From: Candidatus Eiseniibacteriota bacterium
Lineage (GTDB): Bacteria > Orphanbacterota > Orphanbacteria > Orphanbacterales > Orphanbacteraceae
Direction: 5' to 3'
NCBI GenBank assembly: GCA_016867715.1
Contig: VGIW01000007.1
Coordinates: forward strand, 717-64,716
DNA length: 64,000 nucleotides
The position numbers and the translations under genes are program-made. A model generated the notes under the pieces. The model was not told the origin of the DNA. It saw nothing but the letters and a program-made list of their open reading frames with translations, and searched no databases. Below, piece by piece: positions 36,679-45,306 of this stretch; position 1 is the first letter of the stretch, and each line of letters opens with the position of its first letter.

Positions 36679-37977
36679 CTACGGGATGAGCTTGCGTTCC
36701 TTCGCCGACTTCAGAAGTTCGTCGCGGAACTGAGGAGCCGCGATGCCGATGAGAGCCTCCGCCCGCTCCCGGAGGTTCTTCCCGAAGAGCTGCGCGACCC
36801 CGTACTCGGTGACGACGTAGTGAACATCGGCCCGGCTCGTCACGACGCCGGCCCCCATCTGCAGGAAGGGCGTGATCCGGGAACGCTCGCCGTTCTTCGC
36901 CGTGGCCGGGAGCGCGATGATCGGCTTTCCGTTCTTCGAGCGGGCCGCCCCGCGGATGAAGTCGACCTGTCCCCCGAAACCCGAGTACACCTTCCAGCCG
37001 ATCGAGTCGGAACAAACCTGGCCGGTGAGATCCACCTCGATCGCCGAGTTGATCGCCACGAGGTTATCGTTCTGGCTGATGATGAAGGGGTCGTTCACGT
37101 ACTCGACCGGGTGCGCCTCGATGAACGGGTTGTTGTCGAGGTATTCGTAGAGCTCTTGGCTCCCGAGCGCGAACGTGATGATGACCTTGCCCGGATGGAG
37201 CGTCTTCTTGGCGCCCGTCACGATCCCGCTCTGGATGGCGCGCATCGCCCCGTCGGAGATCATCTCGGTATGGATGCCGAGGTCGGCGACCCCTTCCATC
37301 GAGGCGTAGACCGCATCCGGAATCCCCCCGATCCCCATCTGGATCGTCGATCCGCTGTCGATGAGGCGCACGATGTGTCTGCCGATCGAGAGCTCGACGT
37401 CCGTCGACGGTTTCGATTTCAAATTGGGGAGAGGACGGCTCACCTCGACGATCCCGTGCGTCTGGCGGACGTGGATGAACGAGTCGCCGAGGATGCGCGG
37501 CATCCGATCGTTCACCTCCACGACCACCTTCTTCGCGTGTTGGCAGGCCGTCTTGGTCGCGAGGGTCTCCACGCCGAGGCTCATGAAGCCGTGGAGATCG
37601 GGAGGAGAGACCTGAACCATTGCGATATCAAGAGGAACGATTCCCTCGCGGAAAAGCCGCGGGATCATGTAGAGGAAGATCGGCATGTAGTCGGCGCGTC
37701 CCTCGTTGACCGCCTTGCGGTCCGCGGGGCCCACGAAGAGGGAATTGTGCCGGAAATGCCCTTCCATCTCGGGGCGGGAAAGAGGGTCTTCCCCGAGAAG
37801 CAACACGTGATTGAGCTGGACGTTCTCGAGCTCCTCGTAGCGCTCCGCGAGGGCCTCCACGAGGGAGATCGGAATGGCCGCGTTTCCCCCGTAGTAGACC
37901 CGATTCCCGCTCTTGACCAACTTCGCGGCGTCCGTCGCCGAGCATAACTTGGACTTGTAATCGTCGAGCCAGTTCAT
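36679..37977 (-). CDS. Acetyl-CoA hydrolase/transferase family protein (4-hydroxybutyrate / succinyl-CoA:acetate CoA-transferase-like)
   Basis: 432 aa. The family-I CoA-transferase fold has the catalytic Glu-containing segment ...SGFGGQVDFIRGA... and N-terminal GGNAAIP. Confidence 0.85.
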   Translation of the reverse strand: MNWLDDYKSKLCSATDAAKLVKSGNRVYYGGNAAIPISLVEALAERYEELENVQLNHVLLLGEDPLSRPEMEGHFRHNSLFVGPADRKAVNEGRADYMPIFLYMIPRLFREGIVPLDIAMVQVSPPDLHGFMSLGVETLATKTACQHAKKVVVEVNDRMPRILGDSFIHVRQTHGIVEVSRPLPNLKSKPSTDVELSIGRHIVRLIDSGSTIQMGIGGIPDAVYASMEGVADLGIHTEMISDGAMRAIQSGIVTGAKKTLHPGKVIITFALGSQELYEYLDNNPFIEAHPVEYVNDPFIISQNDNLVAINSAIEVDLTGQVCSDSIGWKVYSGFGGQVDFIRGAARSKNGKPIIALPATAKNGERSRITPFLQMGAGVVTSRADVHYVVTEYGVAQLFGKNLRERAEALIGIAAPQFRDELLKSAKERKLIP

Positions 37978-37984
37978 GATCCTT

Positions 37985-39112
37985 CTAGCTTTCCTTCCGG
38001 AGGATTTCCGCCAGCGAAACCTGCGGGATTCCGAGGGCCTCTCCAGCGCGGGCGTTGACCATCTGCCCCTTGTACATGTACGTGCCCCCCGCGAGGCCGG
38101 GATCCTCCAGGAGCGCTCTCTCTAGTCCTTTTTCCGCGATCTTCAAGATGAAGGGCAACGCGCCGTCCGCCATGGCGCGCGTGGCGGTCCGGGGAATGTC
38201 GGAGGTCATGTTGGGAATGCAACAGTGCACGACGTCGTGCACGCGGTAGGTCGGATCCTCGGGAGTGGTCGGCCGGCTCGTTTCGACGCAGCCGCCCTGA
38301 TCGATCGACACGTCGATGATCACGCTTCCCGGCTTCATCGCTCGAACCATCGCATCCGTGACGAGAAGCGGAGACCGGCCTCCCGGGATGAGAACCGCGC
38401 CGATCAGAACATCGGCGATCGCGGTGTAGCGCTCGAGCCTCGCGACGCCGCCGACGGCGGTCATCACCTGACTGCCGAGCAGGCGCGCGGCCCTTCTGAG
38501 CTTGCGGATGTCCTGGTCGATGAGGATGACTTGCGCGCCGCGCGCCACGGCGTGCCGGGCCGCGGTGACCCCGACGGTGCCCGCGCCGAGAATGACGACG
38601 GTGGCCGGCGGTAGACCCGGCGCACTCCCGAGGAGAATTCCTCTCCCCCCCGGCTCGTAGCGGAGAAGCTGCGCCGCCGTATCCACCGCCATCTGCCCGG
38701 CCAGCTCGCTCAGCGGGAGAAGGGCGGAGAGATCTCCGTCCGGGCCGCGGATGATCTCGTAGCCGATCAGGGTGGCCCGCGCCTCGATCAGCTTCTCCAC
38801 GAGCTCGCGCGGGGCGACCGCAAGATGGTGGAACGCGCAGAGGACGCTCTCTTCCTTGAGAAGGCCGACCTCCTCGAGGGAGAGGGCGCCGAAACGACAG
38901 ACGAGGTCCGCGCGGTTGTAGATCTCCTCGGGGCCGTAGACGATCCGGCCGCCCGCGTCGGCGTAGTCCTCGTCGCTGAAATGCGCGGCCTTCCCAGCTC
39001 CTCGCTCGATGTAAACTACGCTGCCGCAATCTGTTAGGCGGGCGACGCCGAACGGGTTGAGCCCCACCCGGTGCTCGTGGCGGCTCGTCTCACGCGGTAC
39101 TCCGATAACCAT
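37985..39112 (-). CDS. ald: Alanine dehydrogenase
   Basis: Start MVIGVPRETSRHEHRVGLNP (compare the AlaDH consensus MIIGVPKEIKNNENRV) with RBS GAGGAGGAAG. Rossmann motif VVILGAGTVGVTAARHAVARGAQV. Confidence 0.9.
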   Translation of the reverse strand: MVIGVPRETSRHEHRVGLNPFGVARLTDCGSVVYIERGAGKAAHFSDEDYADAGGRIVYGPEEIYNRADLVCRFGALSLEEVGLLKEESVLCAFHHLAVAPRELVEKLIEARATLIGYEIIRGPDGDLSALLPLSELAGQMAVDTAAQLLRYEPGGRGILLGSAPGLPPATVVILGAGTVGVTAARHAVARGAQVILIDQDIRKLRRAARLLGSQVMTAVGGVARLERYTAIADVLIGAVLIPGGRSPLLVTDAMVRAMKPGSVIIDVSIDQGGCVETSRPTTPEDPTYRVHDVVHCCIPNMTSDIPRTATRAMADGALPFILKIAEKGLERALLEDPGLAGGTYMYKGQMVNARAGEALGIPQVSLAEILRKES

Positions 39113-39250
39113 GTCATCTTCCTCCTCACGCAACCCGAGAATCGTATCGCGAGCGGGAAGCGGCGACAAGAGGTAACCTTGGTCCGAGCCCGGCGCGCTC
39201 AGAGAGGCGAAGCGGGAGGAAGCGCGCCGAGATCGTTATGGAGGTCAACA

Positions 39251-39583
39251 ATGAGAGTACGAAATGTTCATCACATCGAGCCGAAGGACGCCGGGATGGC
39301 GGGCGTCCGGATCCGGGTCGCGATCGGCAGGGACGAGGGGGCGCCGAACTTCGTGATGCGCTACTTCGATGTCGCCCCCGGGTGTTCGACCGCGGACCAC
39401 GCGCATGCGTGGGAGCACGAAGTGTACGTGGCGAGAGGGCGGGGCGCCGTCGTGACGAAAGAGGGGCCGGCCCCGATCGGGGCGGGCGACACCGTCTATG
39501 TCGCGCCGAACGAGCAGCATCACTTCGAGAATCGCGGGGAGGAACCGCTCGAGTTCGTCTGCGTGGTCCCGCACACGGATTGA
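39251..39583 (+). CDS. Cupin-domain protein
   Basis: 110 aa from MRVRNVHH... with RBS GGAGG. Two-His cupin motifs are ADHAHAWEHEVYV and GDTVYVAPNEQHHFEN. Confidence 0.75.
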   Translation: MRVRNVHHIEPKDAGMAGVRIRVAIGRDEGAPNFVMRYFDVAPGCSTADHAHAWEHEVYVARGRGAVVTKEGPAPIGAGDTVYVAPNEQHHFENRGEEPLEFVCVVPHTD

Positions 39584-39686
39584 CTCAGGCAGAGGACCCG
39601 CCTATCGTGATTCCGCGCAATGGGTTGCGCCGGACGCCGAGAACGGTCCCGGCGATCGCCGGTCGGCCGCTCGGGGAGTTCCGCTC

Positions 39687-39715
39687 TTCCCCGCGGGCGG
39701 AAAGACGTCTATAAT
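39687..39715 (+). promoter_or_regulatory. Candidate sigma-70 promoter (TTCCCC, 17 nt spacer, TATAAT) upstream of the AMP-ligase/carrier/Kbl-like cluster
   Basis: A perfect TATAAT hexamer sits in a 70% GC background, 84 nt upstream of the ATG at 39799. Confidence 0.35.
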
Positions 39716-39798
39716 GCGAGGTCGACCTCGGCGGACATCGCCGCGCCTCGCGGCCATCCATTCGGTCGAAACAGAACCTGCAGCAAGAGGGAATCGAT

Positions 39799-41496
39799 AT
39801 GCCGAGCAACATCGGGAATCCGGAAGAGCGCCGGCTGAGCTTCTCCTGGAGCGACGCGCGCAAGGAACTCGATTTTCCGGAAGATTCGCACAACATCGGG
39901 TGGTACTGCTCGGACCGGATCTGCGATCTCGGGATGGGCGAGAAGACCGCGCTCGTCTGGGAGGCGGTGGACGGCAGGGTCGCGCGCTTCACCTTCAACG
40001 ATCTTCGCGTCTACTCGAACGCCTACGCGAAGCATCTCTCCGGCCTCGGTCTCCGGCCGGGCGATCGCGTGGCGGTCTTTCTGGAGCGCGTTCCGGAGCT
40101 CTACATCGGGATGCTGGGAGGCCTGAAGGCGGGGCTCATCATGCAGCCTCTCTTCTCCGCGTTCGGAGAAGACGCGCTCGAAAAGCGGCTCTCGAACGCC
40201 GAGACGAGCGCGATTCTGACCTGCCGGAAGCTGACCTTTCGTGTGCGAAAGATTCGGGAGCGTTGTCCGTCCCTCCGGCACGTGATCGTCAGCGATCCGG
40301 GCGATCTGTCGTTTCAAGAGGGAGAGACCGCCTTCGGGCTGGAGACGGCGAAGCCGGTCGAGTCGTTCGCGTGTTATCCGGCCGATCCGGAGACCCCGTC
40401 GATCCTGCACTACACGTCGGGAACGACCGGCATGCCGAAGGGCGCGCTTCACGTCCACGGGTCTCTTCCCGCCCAAGCGCTCACCTCGAAGTGGGTGCTC
40501 GACATCAAGGACGGGGATATCTACTGGTGCACCGCGGATCCCGGCTGGGTGACCGGAACGAGCTACGGGATCATCGGGCCGTGGGCGATCGGCGCGACGC
40601 AGTACGTTCTCGAGGCGGGGTTCATCATCGACCGGTGGTACCGCGCGATTCAGGATCAGAAGATCACCGTCTGGTACAGCGCTCCGACCGCCATCCGGAT
40701 GCTGATGAAAGAGGGGGAGGCGAAGACGAAGCAGTACGATCTTTCTTCACTTCGCCACTTGTGCAGCGTCGGCGAGCCCTTGAACCCTGAAGCGGTCGTT
40801 TGGAGCGAGCGCGTCTACGGGCTTCCCTTCCACGACACCTGGTGGCAGACCGAGACGGGGTGCATCCAGGTGACGAACGTGCCGGGGTTGGAGATTCGCC
40901 CGGGGAGCATGGGAAAGCCGTTCCCCGGAGTAACGGCGGCGGTTCTCGCCCACGATTTCACGGAGATCCGCGAGCCGAACAAGCAGGGATTGCTCGCGCT
41001 GAAGCCTCCGTGGCCGTCGATGTTCCGGACCTACTGGCGCAACCCGAGCGCCTACGAGAGCAAGTTCAAGAACGGGTGGTACCTCACCGGAGACCGCGCC
41101 CGGATCGACGAGGACGGATTCTACTGGTTCATGGGGCGCGACGACGACGTGATCAACACCGCGGGGCATCTCGTGGGGCCGTTCGAGATCGAGAGCGCGC
41201 TCCTCGAGCACGAGGCGGTGGCCGAGAGCGCGGCGATCGGAAAGCCGGATCCCGTCAACATGGAGGTCGTCAAGGCGTTCGTTGCCTTGAAGGCGGGTTT
41301 CGAGCCGAGCAAGAAGCTCGAGATGTCGATCATGAACTTCATCCGCAAGAAGCTCTCGCCGCTCGCGATGCCGCAGGAGATCGAGTTCGTCGAGAAGCTT
41401 CCGAAGACGCGGTCGGGGAAGATCATGAGGCGCGTTCTGAGGGCGCAGGAGCTCGGCCAAGAAGTGGGCGATCTATCGACGCTGGACGACAACTAG
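39799..41496 (+). CDS. Acetyl-CoA-synthetase-family AMP-forming acyl-CoA/acyl-carrier ligase (short/medium-chain type)
   Basis: 565 aa. YTSGTTGMPKG (A3), WWQTETG (ACS-family signature), YLTGDRARIDEDGFYWFMGRDDDVINTAGH (A8) and PKTRSGKIMRR (A10). Confidence 0.85.
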   Translation: MPSNIGNPEERRLSFSWSDARKELDFPEDSHNIGWYCSDRICDLGMGEKTALVWEAVDGRVARFTFNDLRVYSNAYAKHLSGLGLRPGDRVAVFLERVPELYIGMLGGLKAGLIMQPLFSAFGEDALEKRLSNAETSAILTCRKLTFRVRKIRERCPSLRHVIVSDPGDLSFQEGETAFGLETAKPVESFACYPADPETPSILHYTSGTTGMPKGALHVHGSLPAQALTSKWVLDIKDGDIYWCTADPGWVTGTSYGIIGPWAIGATQYVLEAGFIIDRWYRAIQDQKITVWYSAPTAIRMLMKEGEAKTKQYDLSSLRHLCSVGEPLNPEAVVWSERVYGLPFHDTWWQTETGCIQVTNVPGLEIRPGSMGKPFPGVTAAVLAHDFTEIREPNKQGLLALKPPWPSMFRTYWRNPSAYESKFKNGWYLTGDRARIDEDGFYWFMGRDDDVINTAGHLVGPFEIESALLEHEAVAESAAIGKPDPVNMEVVKAFVALKAGFEPSKKLEMSIMNFIRKKLSPLAMPQEIEFVEKLPKTRSGKIMRRVLRAQELGQEVGDLSTLDDN

Positions 41497-41548
41497 GAGG
41501 AATGGGGCGGCGGACGCCGCGAGGGCCCCAGCCTGGAGGATCGGATAC

Positions 41549-41806
41549 ATGAGCGACGACCTGAAGCGGAAGATCATCGAGTTCATTCGGGAAGAGTATC
41601 TTGAGGACGACAGCATGGAGCTCAAGGACGACACGCCTCTCATTTCGAGCGGCATCGTCGATTCCTTCTCGATGGTCTCCTTGAAGATGTATCTCGAAGT
41701 GGAGCTCGGAATCAAGATGACGGACGAGGAGGCGAGCACCGAGGCGTTCGACTCGGTGAACAGCATCCTCGAGCTGGTGCGGAAGAAGCTGGCGGAGAAG
41801 AAATAG
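41549..41806 (+). CDS. Acyl/peptidyl carrier protein (phosphopantetheine attachment site)
   Basis: 85 aa, acidic, with LISSGIVDSFSMVSL (GxDS motif Ser). RBS GGAGGA. It begins 52 nt after the ligase gene. Confidence 0.8.
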   Translation: MSDDLKRKIIEFIREEYLEDDSMELKDDTPLISSGIVDSFSMVSLKMYLEVELGIKMTDEEASTEAFDSVNSILELVRKKLAEKK

Positions 41807-41870
41807 CGAGGAGTCTGTTCCGGCGCGGCGGGGCCGACTCGAGCGTCCGGGGTCTTCGCGAGGTGGTCGC

Positions 41871-43085
41871 ATGGCATACACAAGCGCGGTGCGCGAACAA
41901 TTCCGAAACACGCTGAAAGAGGTCGAGGAGGCGGGGCTCTATAAGGACGAGCGCTACATTTGCAGCGAGCAGGGCGTGGAGATCGTCGTCGAGTACCCGC
42001 GCGGCTCCAAGCCGATGAAGGTCCTGAATTTCTGCGCGAACAATTACCTCGGGCTTTCGAGCCATCCGGACGTGACGGCCGCCGCGCAGAAGGGGCTCGA
42101 GGAACGCGGCTACGGGATGAGCAGTGTCCGCTTCATCTGCGGCACGCAGGACCTTCACAACAAGCTCGAGAAGCGGGTCGCGGAGTACCTCGGAAAGGAA
42201 GACGCGATCCTCTTCTCCTCGTGCTTCGACGCGAACGCGGCGATCTTCGAGGTCCTCTTCGACGAGAAGGACGTGCTCCTGAACGACCGATTGATCCACG
42301 CGAGCTTGATCGACGGGATCCGCCTCTGTTCGGCTCAGAGGGACAGCTACAAGAACGCCGATTGCGCGCACCTCGAGAAGAAGCTAGAGATGTGGAAGCC
42401 TCGCGCCCGGAACATCTGCATCGTGACGGACGGCGTCTTCAGCATGGACGGGATCCTTGCGCCGCTCGACAAGATCGCGGATCTCGCCGACCGGTACGGG
42501 GCGATGGTCCTCGTGGACGACAGCCACGCGACCGGCTTCATCGGAAAGACCGGGCGGGGGACGCCGGAGCATTTCGGCGTGATGGATCGGATCGACATCA
42601 TCACGACGACGCTCGGGAAGGCGCTCGGAGGCGCGAGCGGAGGGGTCGTCGCGGGTCCCCGCGAGGTGACCGAGATGCTCCGCAATCGCGGACGGCCCTA
42701 TCTCTTCTCGAACGCCGTCCCGCCCCCCATCATTTCGGCCGCGCTCCGAGTGATCGACCTCGTGAGCGAGACGACGAAGCTCCGCGACAAGCTCGAATGG
42801 AATGCGCGGTATTTCCGGGAGAAGATGGACGCCGCGGGCTTCCGTCTCGTTCCGGGGGAGACCCCGATCGTTCCGGTCATGCTCGGCGACGCGAAGCTCG
42901 CCAACGATATGGCGCGCGAGCTTCTTCAAGAGGGGATCTACGTCATCGGCTTCTCGCACCCGGTCGTTCCGATGGGGAAGGCGAGGATCCGCGTGCAGCT
43001 CTCCGCGGCTCACGAGAAGGAGCACATCGACAAGGCGGTCGATGCGTTCATCAAGGTCGGGAAGAAGCTCGGCGTGATTCGGTGA
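41871..43085 (+). CDS. kbl: Alpha-oxoamine synthase: glycine C-acetyltransferase (2-amino-3-ketobutyrate CoA ligase, Kbl)-like PLP enzyme
   Basis: 404 aa with very high similarity to E. coli Kbl throughout. Matching blocks (this protein / E. coli) are VLNFCANNYLGLSSHPDV / VINFCANNYLGLANHPD, SVRFICGTQDLHNKLE / SVRFICGTQDSHKELE, and TTLGKALGGASGG / GTLGKALGGASGG with the PLP Lys. Confidence 0.9.
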   Translation: MAYTSAVREQFRNTLKEVEEAGLYKDERYICSEQGVEIVVEYPRGSKPMKVLNFCANNYLGLSSHPDVTAAAQKGLEERGYGMSSVRFICGTQDLHNKLEKRVAEYLGKEDAILFSSCFDANAAIFEVLFDEKDVLLNDRLIHASLIDGIRLCSAQRDSYKNADCAHLEKKLEMWKPRARNICIVTDGVFSMDGILAPLDKIADLADRYGAMVLVDDSHATGFIGKTGRGTPEHFGVMDRIDIITTTLGKALGGASGGVVAGPREVTEMLRNRGRPYLFSNAVPPPIISAALRVIDLVSETTKLRDKLEWNARYFREKMDAAGFRLVPGETPIVPVMLGDAKLANDMARELLQEGIYVIGFSHPVVPMGKARIRVQLSAAHEKEHIDKAVDAFIKVGKKLGVIR

Positions 43086-43095
43086 GGACCGACGG

Positions 43096-43884
43096 ATGGC
43101 AAAGAGCCAGTGGGCCGCGTTCTTCGACGATCACGCCCCGCGGTACGACGAGAACGTCTTCACGAAGAACACGCTCGCCGAGGTCGATTTCCTGATCGAA
43201 GCTCTCGGCCTCTCGCGAGGGGACTCGATCTTGGACATCGGGTGCGGCACCGGGCGACACGCGGTCGAGCTCGCCTCGAGGGGGTTCGACGTCACCGGCC
43301 TCGACATCTCGTCCGGGATGCTCGCGGAGGCGAGGAAGCGGGCTTCCTCGGCGGGCGTCGAGGTCGCTTGGGTCCATGCGGACGCGAGGCGCTTCGCCTT
43401 CCGGCGCGGGTTCGACGCGGTCGTCTGTCTCTGCGAGGGGGCCTTCGGGCTTCTGACGGACGCCGACGATCCGATCGGCCAACCGCTCGCGATTCTCCGG
43501 AACGCCGCGGGTTCGATGAAGACCGGCGCCCGCGCCCTCTTCACCGTCTTGAACGCCATGAGGATGATCCGGAGGGCGAAGGGAGAGGGGGCCGAGGATG
43601 CCGAATTCGATCCGATCGCCCTGGCGGAGCGCACCGACTGCTTGCCTCCGGGATCCTCGAGGAAGTACTCCCTCTTCGAACGCGGCTTCGTTCCGACCGA
43701 GCTGGTTCTCCTCTTCGGAACGGCCGGTCTCGAAGTGCTCGAGATCTGGGGCGGAACCGCGGGAAACTGGGGGAGGCGTCCGATCGATCCGGACGAGTAC
43801 GAGATCATGGTTCTGGCGCAGAAGCCCGAGCGTCCTCCCGCTCCCCCCTTCGGCTTCTTCGCACGCCGTGAATTCGGTACCTGA
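43096..43884 (+). CDS. Class I SAM-dependent methyltransferase
   Basis: 262 aa. Motif I is ILDIGCGTGRHAVELASRGFDVTGLDIS; post I is WVHADARRFAF. Confidence 0.8.
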   Translation: MAKSQWAAFFDDHAPRYDENVFTKNTLAEVDFLIEALGLSRGDSILDIGCGTGRHAVELASRGFDVTGLDISSGMLAEARKRASSAGVEVAWVHADARRFAFRRGFDAVVCLCEGAFGLLTDADDPIGQPLAILRNAAGSMKTGARALFTVLNAMRMIRRAKGEGAEDAEFDPIALAERTDCLPPGSSRKYSLFERGFVPTELVLLFGTAGLEVLEIWGGTAGNWGRRPIDPDEYEIMVLAQKPERPPAPPFGFFARREFGT

Positions 43885-43968
43885 TACCCCATTTCGATAC
43901 CCCATTTCACGGAAGGAGTCCGCCGTGCAGCTGGACAGGCATCGGAAGATCGGGTATCAGGTGCCGAA
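43873..43968. repeat. Composite repeat element: two tandem copies of a 13-bp unit (GATACCCCATTTC) nested inside a 17-bp inverted repeat (TTCGGTACCTGATACCC ... GGGTATCAGGTGCCGAA, 1 mismatch)
   Basis: Read directly from the sequence in the methyltransferase-ada intergenic region. The IR arms are about 62 nt apart. An RBS (GGAAGGAG) and a GTG-initiated 38-codon ORF lie inside, and its stop overlaps the ada ATG. Confidence 0.45.
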
Positions 43969-44034
43969 TGTGCGCGGGATTCGACGCCTGATTTTCGGTG
44001 GAGCGGGGATCGGGCGGTTCGCTACACTCTTCAC

Positions 44035-45099
44035 ATGAAGCATCGCCTTCCGCCGATCAGCGAGATGGAGCGGGCCTGCCGCGAGCGCGACGCCTCCTAC
44101 GACGGGATCTTCTTCCTCGCGGTGCGAACGACCGGCGTCTTCTGCCGCCCCTCCTGTCCGGCGCGGAGACCTCTTCCCCGCAATGTCGAGTACTTCCCGA
44201 GCGCTCGCGAGGCCTTGAAGGCCGGCTATCGGGCCTGCATGCGCTGCCGGCCGGCGGACGCCGACGTTCGACCCGAGTGGGTTCGGGCTCTCCTCGAGGA
44301 AATCGACCGCGCGCCGTCCGGTCGAATCACGGAGGAGGATCTTCACGAGCGCGGCATCGATCCCTCAACCGCGCGGAGATATTTTATGAAGCATTATGGG
44401 ATGACGTTTCAAGCGTTTGCTCGATCGCGCCGAATGGGAGAGGCGCAGCGTGTCTTGCGGGGCGGAGGGGCCCTCGACGACGCGGTCTTCGAGTGCGGAT
44501 ACGAATCGCACAGCGGATTCCGGGACGCGTTCGCGCGCGTTTTCGGGAAGCCGCCGGGGAGGAGCCGTGCGTCGGAATGCGTCTCGCTCGGGTGGTTTCC
44601 GAGTCCTCTCGGGCCGCTCGTCGCCGGTTCCATCCCGAGCGGAATCTGCCTTCTTGAGTTCGCCGATCGTTTCCTCGCGGAACCGCGCCTCGCGTCCGCG
44701 CGGAGAGCGTTCCACATCCCCCTGGTCCCCCGCTCCACCGATCTCTTGAAGAGGCTGAGCGAAGAGGTTTCCGGATACTTCGCTCGGGAAGTGCGCCGCT
44801 TCACAGTACCGCTCGTCTGCTCGGGGACCCCGTTCCAACGGAGAGTCTGGGACGAGCTCCTCAAGATCCCATACGGCGAGACGCGCTCTTACGACGACCT
44901 TGCCCGCGCGATCGGCTCTCCGGCGGGGCGGCGCGCGGTGGGAAGCGCGAACGGTCGAAACCCGATCGCGATCGTGATCCCGTGCCACCGGGTGGTGAAC
45001 AAGGACGGACGCCTCGGCGGGTACGGAGGCGGTCTCAGACGAAAGCAATATCTCCTCGATCTCGAGCGCGCGGGAACTCACCCAGCGAGGACGGCCTGA
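44035..45099 (+). CDS. ada: Bifunctional Ada: N-terminal methylphosphotriester-DNA methyltransferase (Zn Cys4) + AraC-type HTH regulator + C-terminal O6-methylguanine-DNA methyltransferase
   Basis: 354 aa. Ada N-terminal Zn cluster FCRPSCPARR...CMRCRP. AraC HTH region. C-terminal MGMT active site IPCHRVV. Confidence 0.85.
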   Translation: MKHRLPPISEMERACRERDASYDGIFFLAVRTTGVFCRPSCPARRPLPRNVEYFPSAREALKAGYRACMRCRPADADVRPEWVRALLEEIDRAPSGRITEEDLHERGIDPSTARRYFMKHYGMTFQAFARSRRMGEAQRVLRGGGALDDAVFECGYESHSGFRDAFARVFGKPPGRSRASECVSLGWFPSPLGPLVAGSIPSGICLLEFADRFLAEPRLASARRAFHIPLVPRSTDLLKRLSEEVSGYFAREVRRFTVPLVCSGTPFQRRVWDELLKIPYGETRSYDDLARAIGSPAGRRAVGSANGRNPIAIVIPCHRVVNKDGRLGGYGGGLRRKQYLLDLERAGTHPARTA

Positions 45100-45306
45100 T
45101 CGTCGGTCGACGGCGGACGCTCGCCGCCGCCACCCGCCGTGGTGGCGTTGGTGGACGGCGGGTCACTCCTTCGCGCCGCATGCGCGAAGGAGCTTCCTCG
45201 CCACCCCGTCGCTCTTCGCGACGGGGAGCTCCGGCTCGGTCGTGTCGGCGGCTGTCCGTTCGATGCTCGTTCTTGCCCGCCGCGGCGGCCTGGGGGAGGG
45301 AATAGG

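Noticed and set aside
41871-43085. Calling the alpha-oxoamine synthase a serine palmitoyltransferase, which would make the cluster a sphingolipid locus
   Set aside because: Its block-by-block similarity to E. coli Kbl is far higher than bacterial Spt enzymes show to Kbl. It is therefore annotated conservatively as Kbl-like, with the context-based alternative left as a hypothesis.
45100-45306. Several short GC hairpins in convergent intergenic gaps, for example CGCCACC…GGTGGCG after ada
   Set aside because: They are plausible terminators, but they are short and lack a T-tract in this GC-rich genome. Only the three strongest hairpins, at about 4700, 29230 and 35080, were listed as features.
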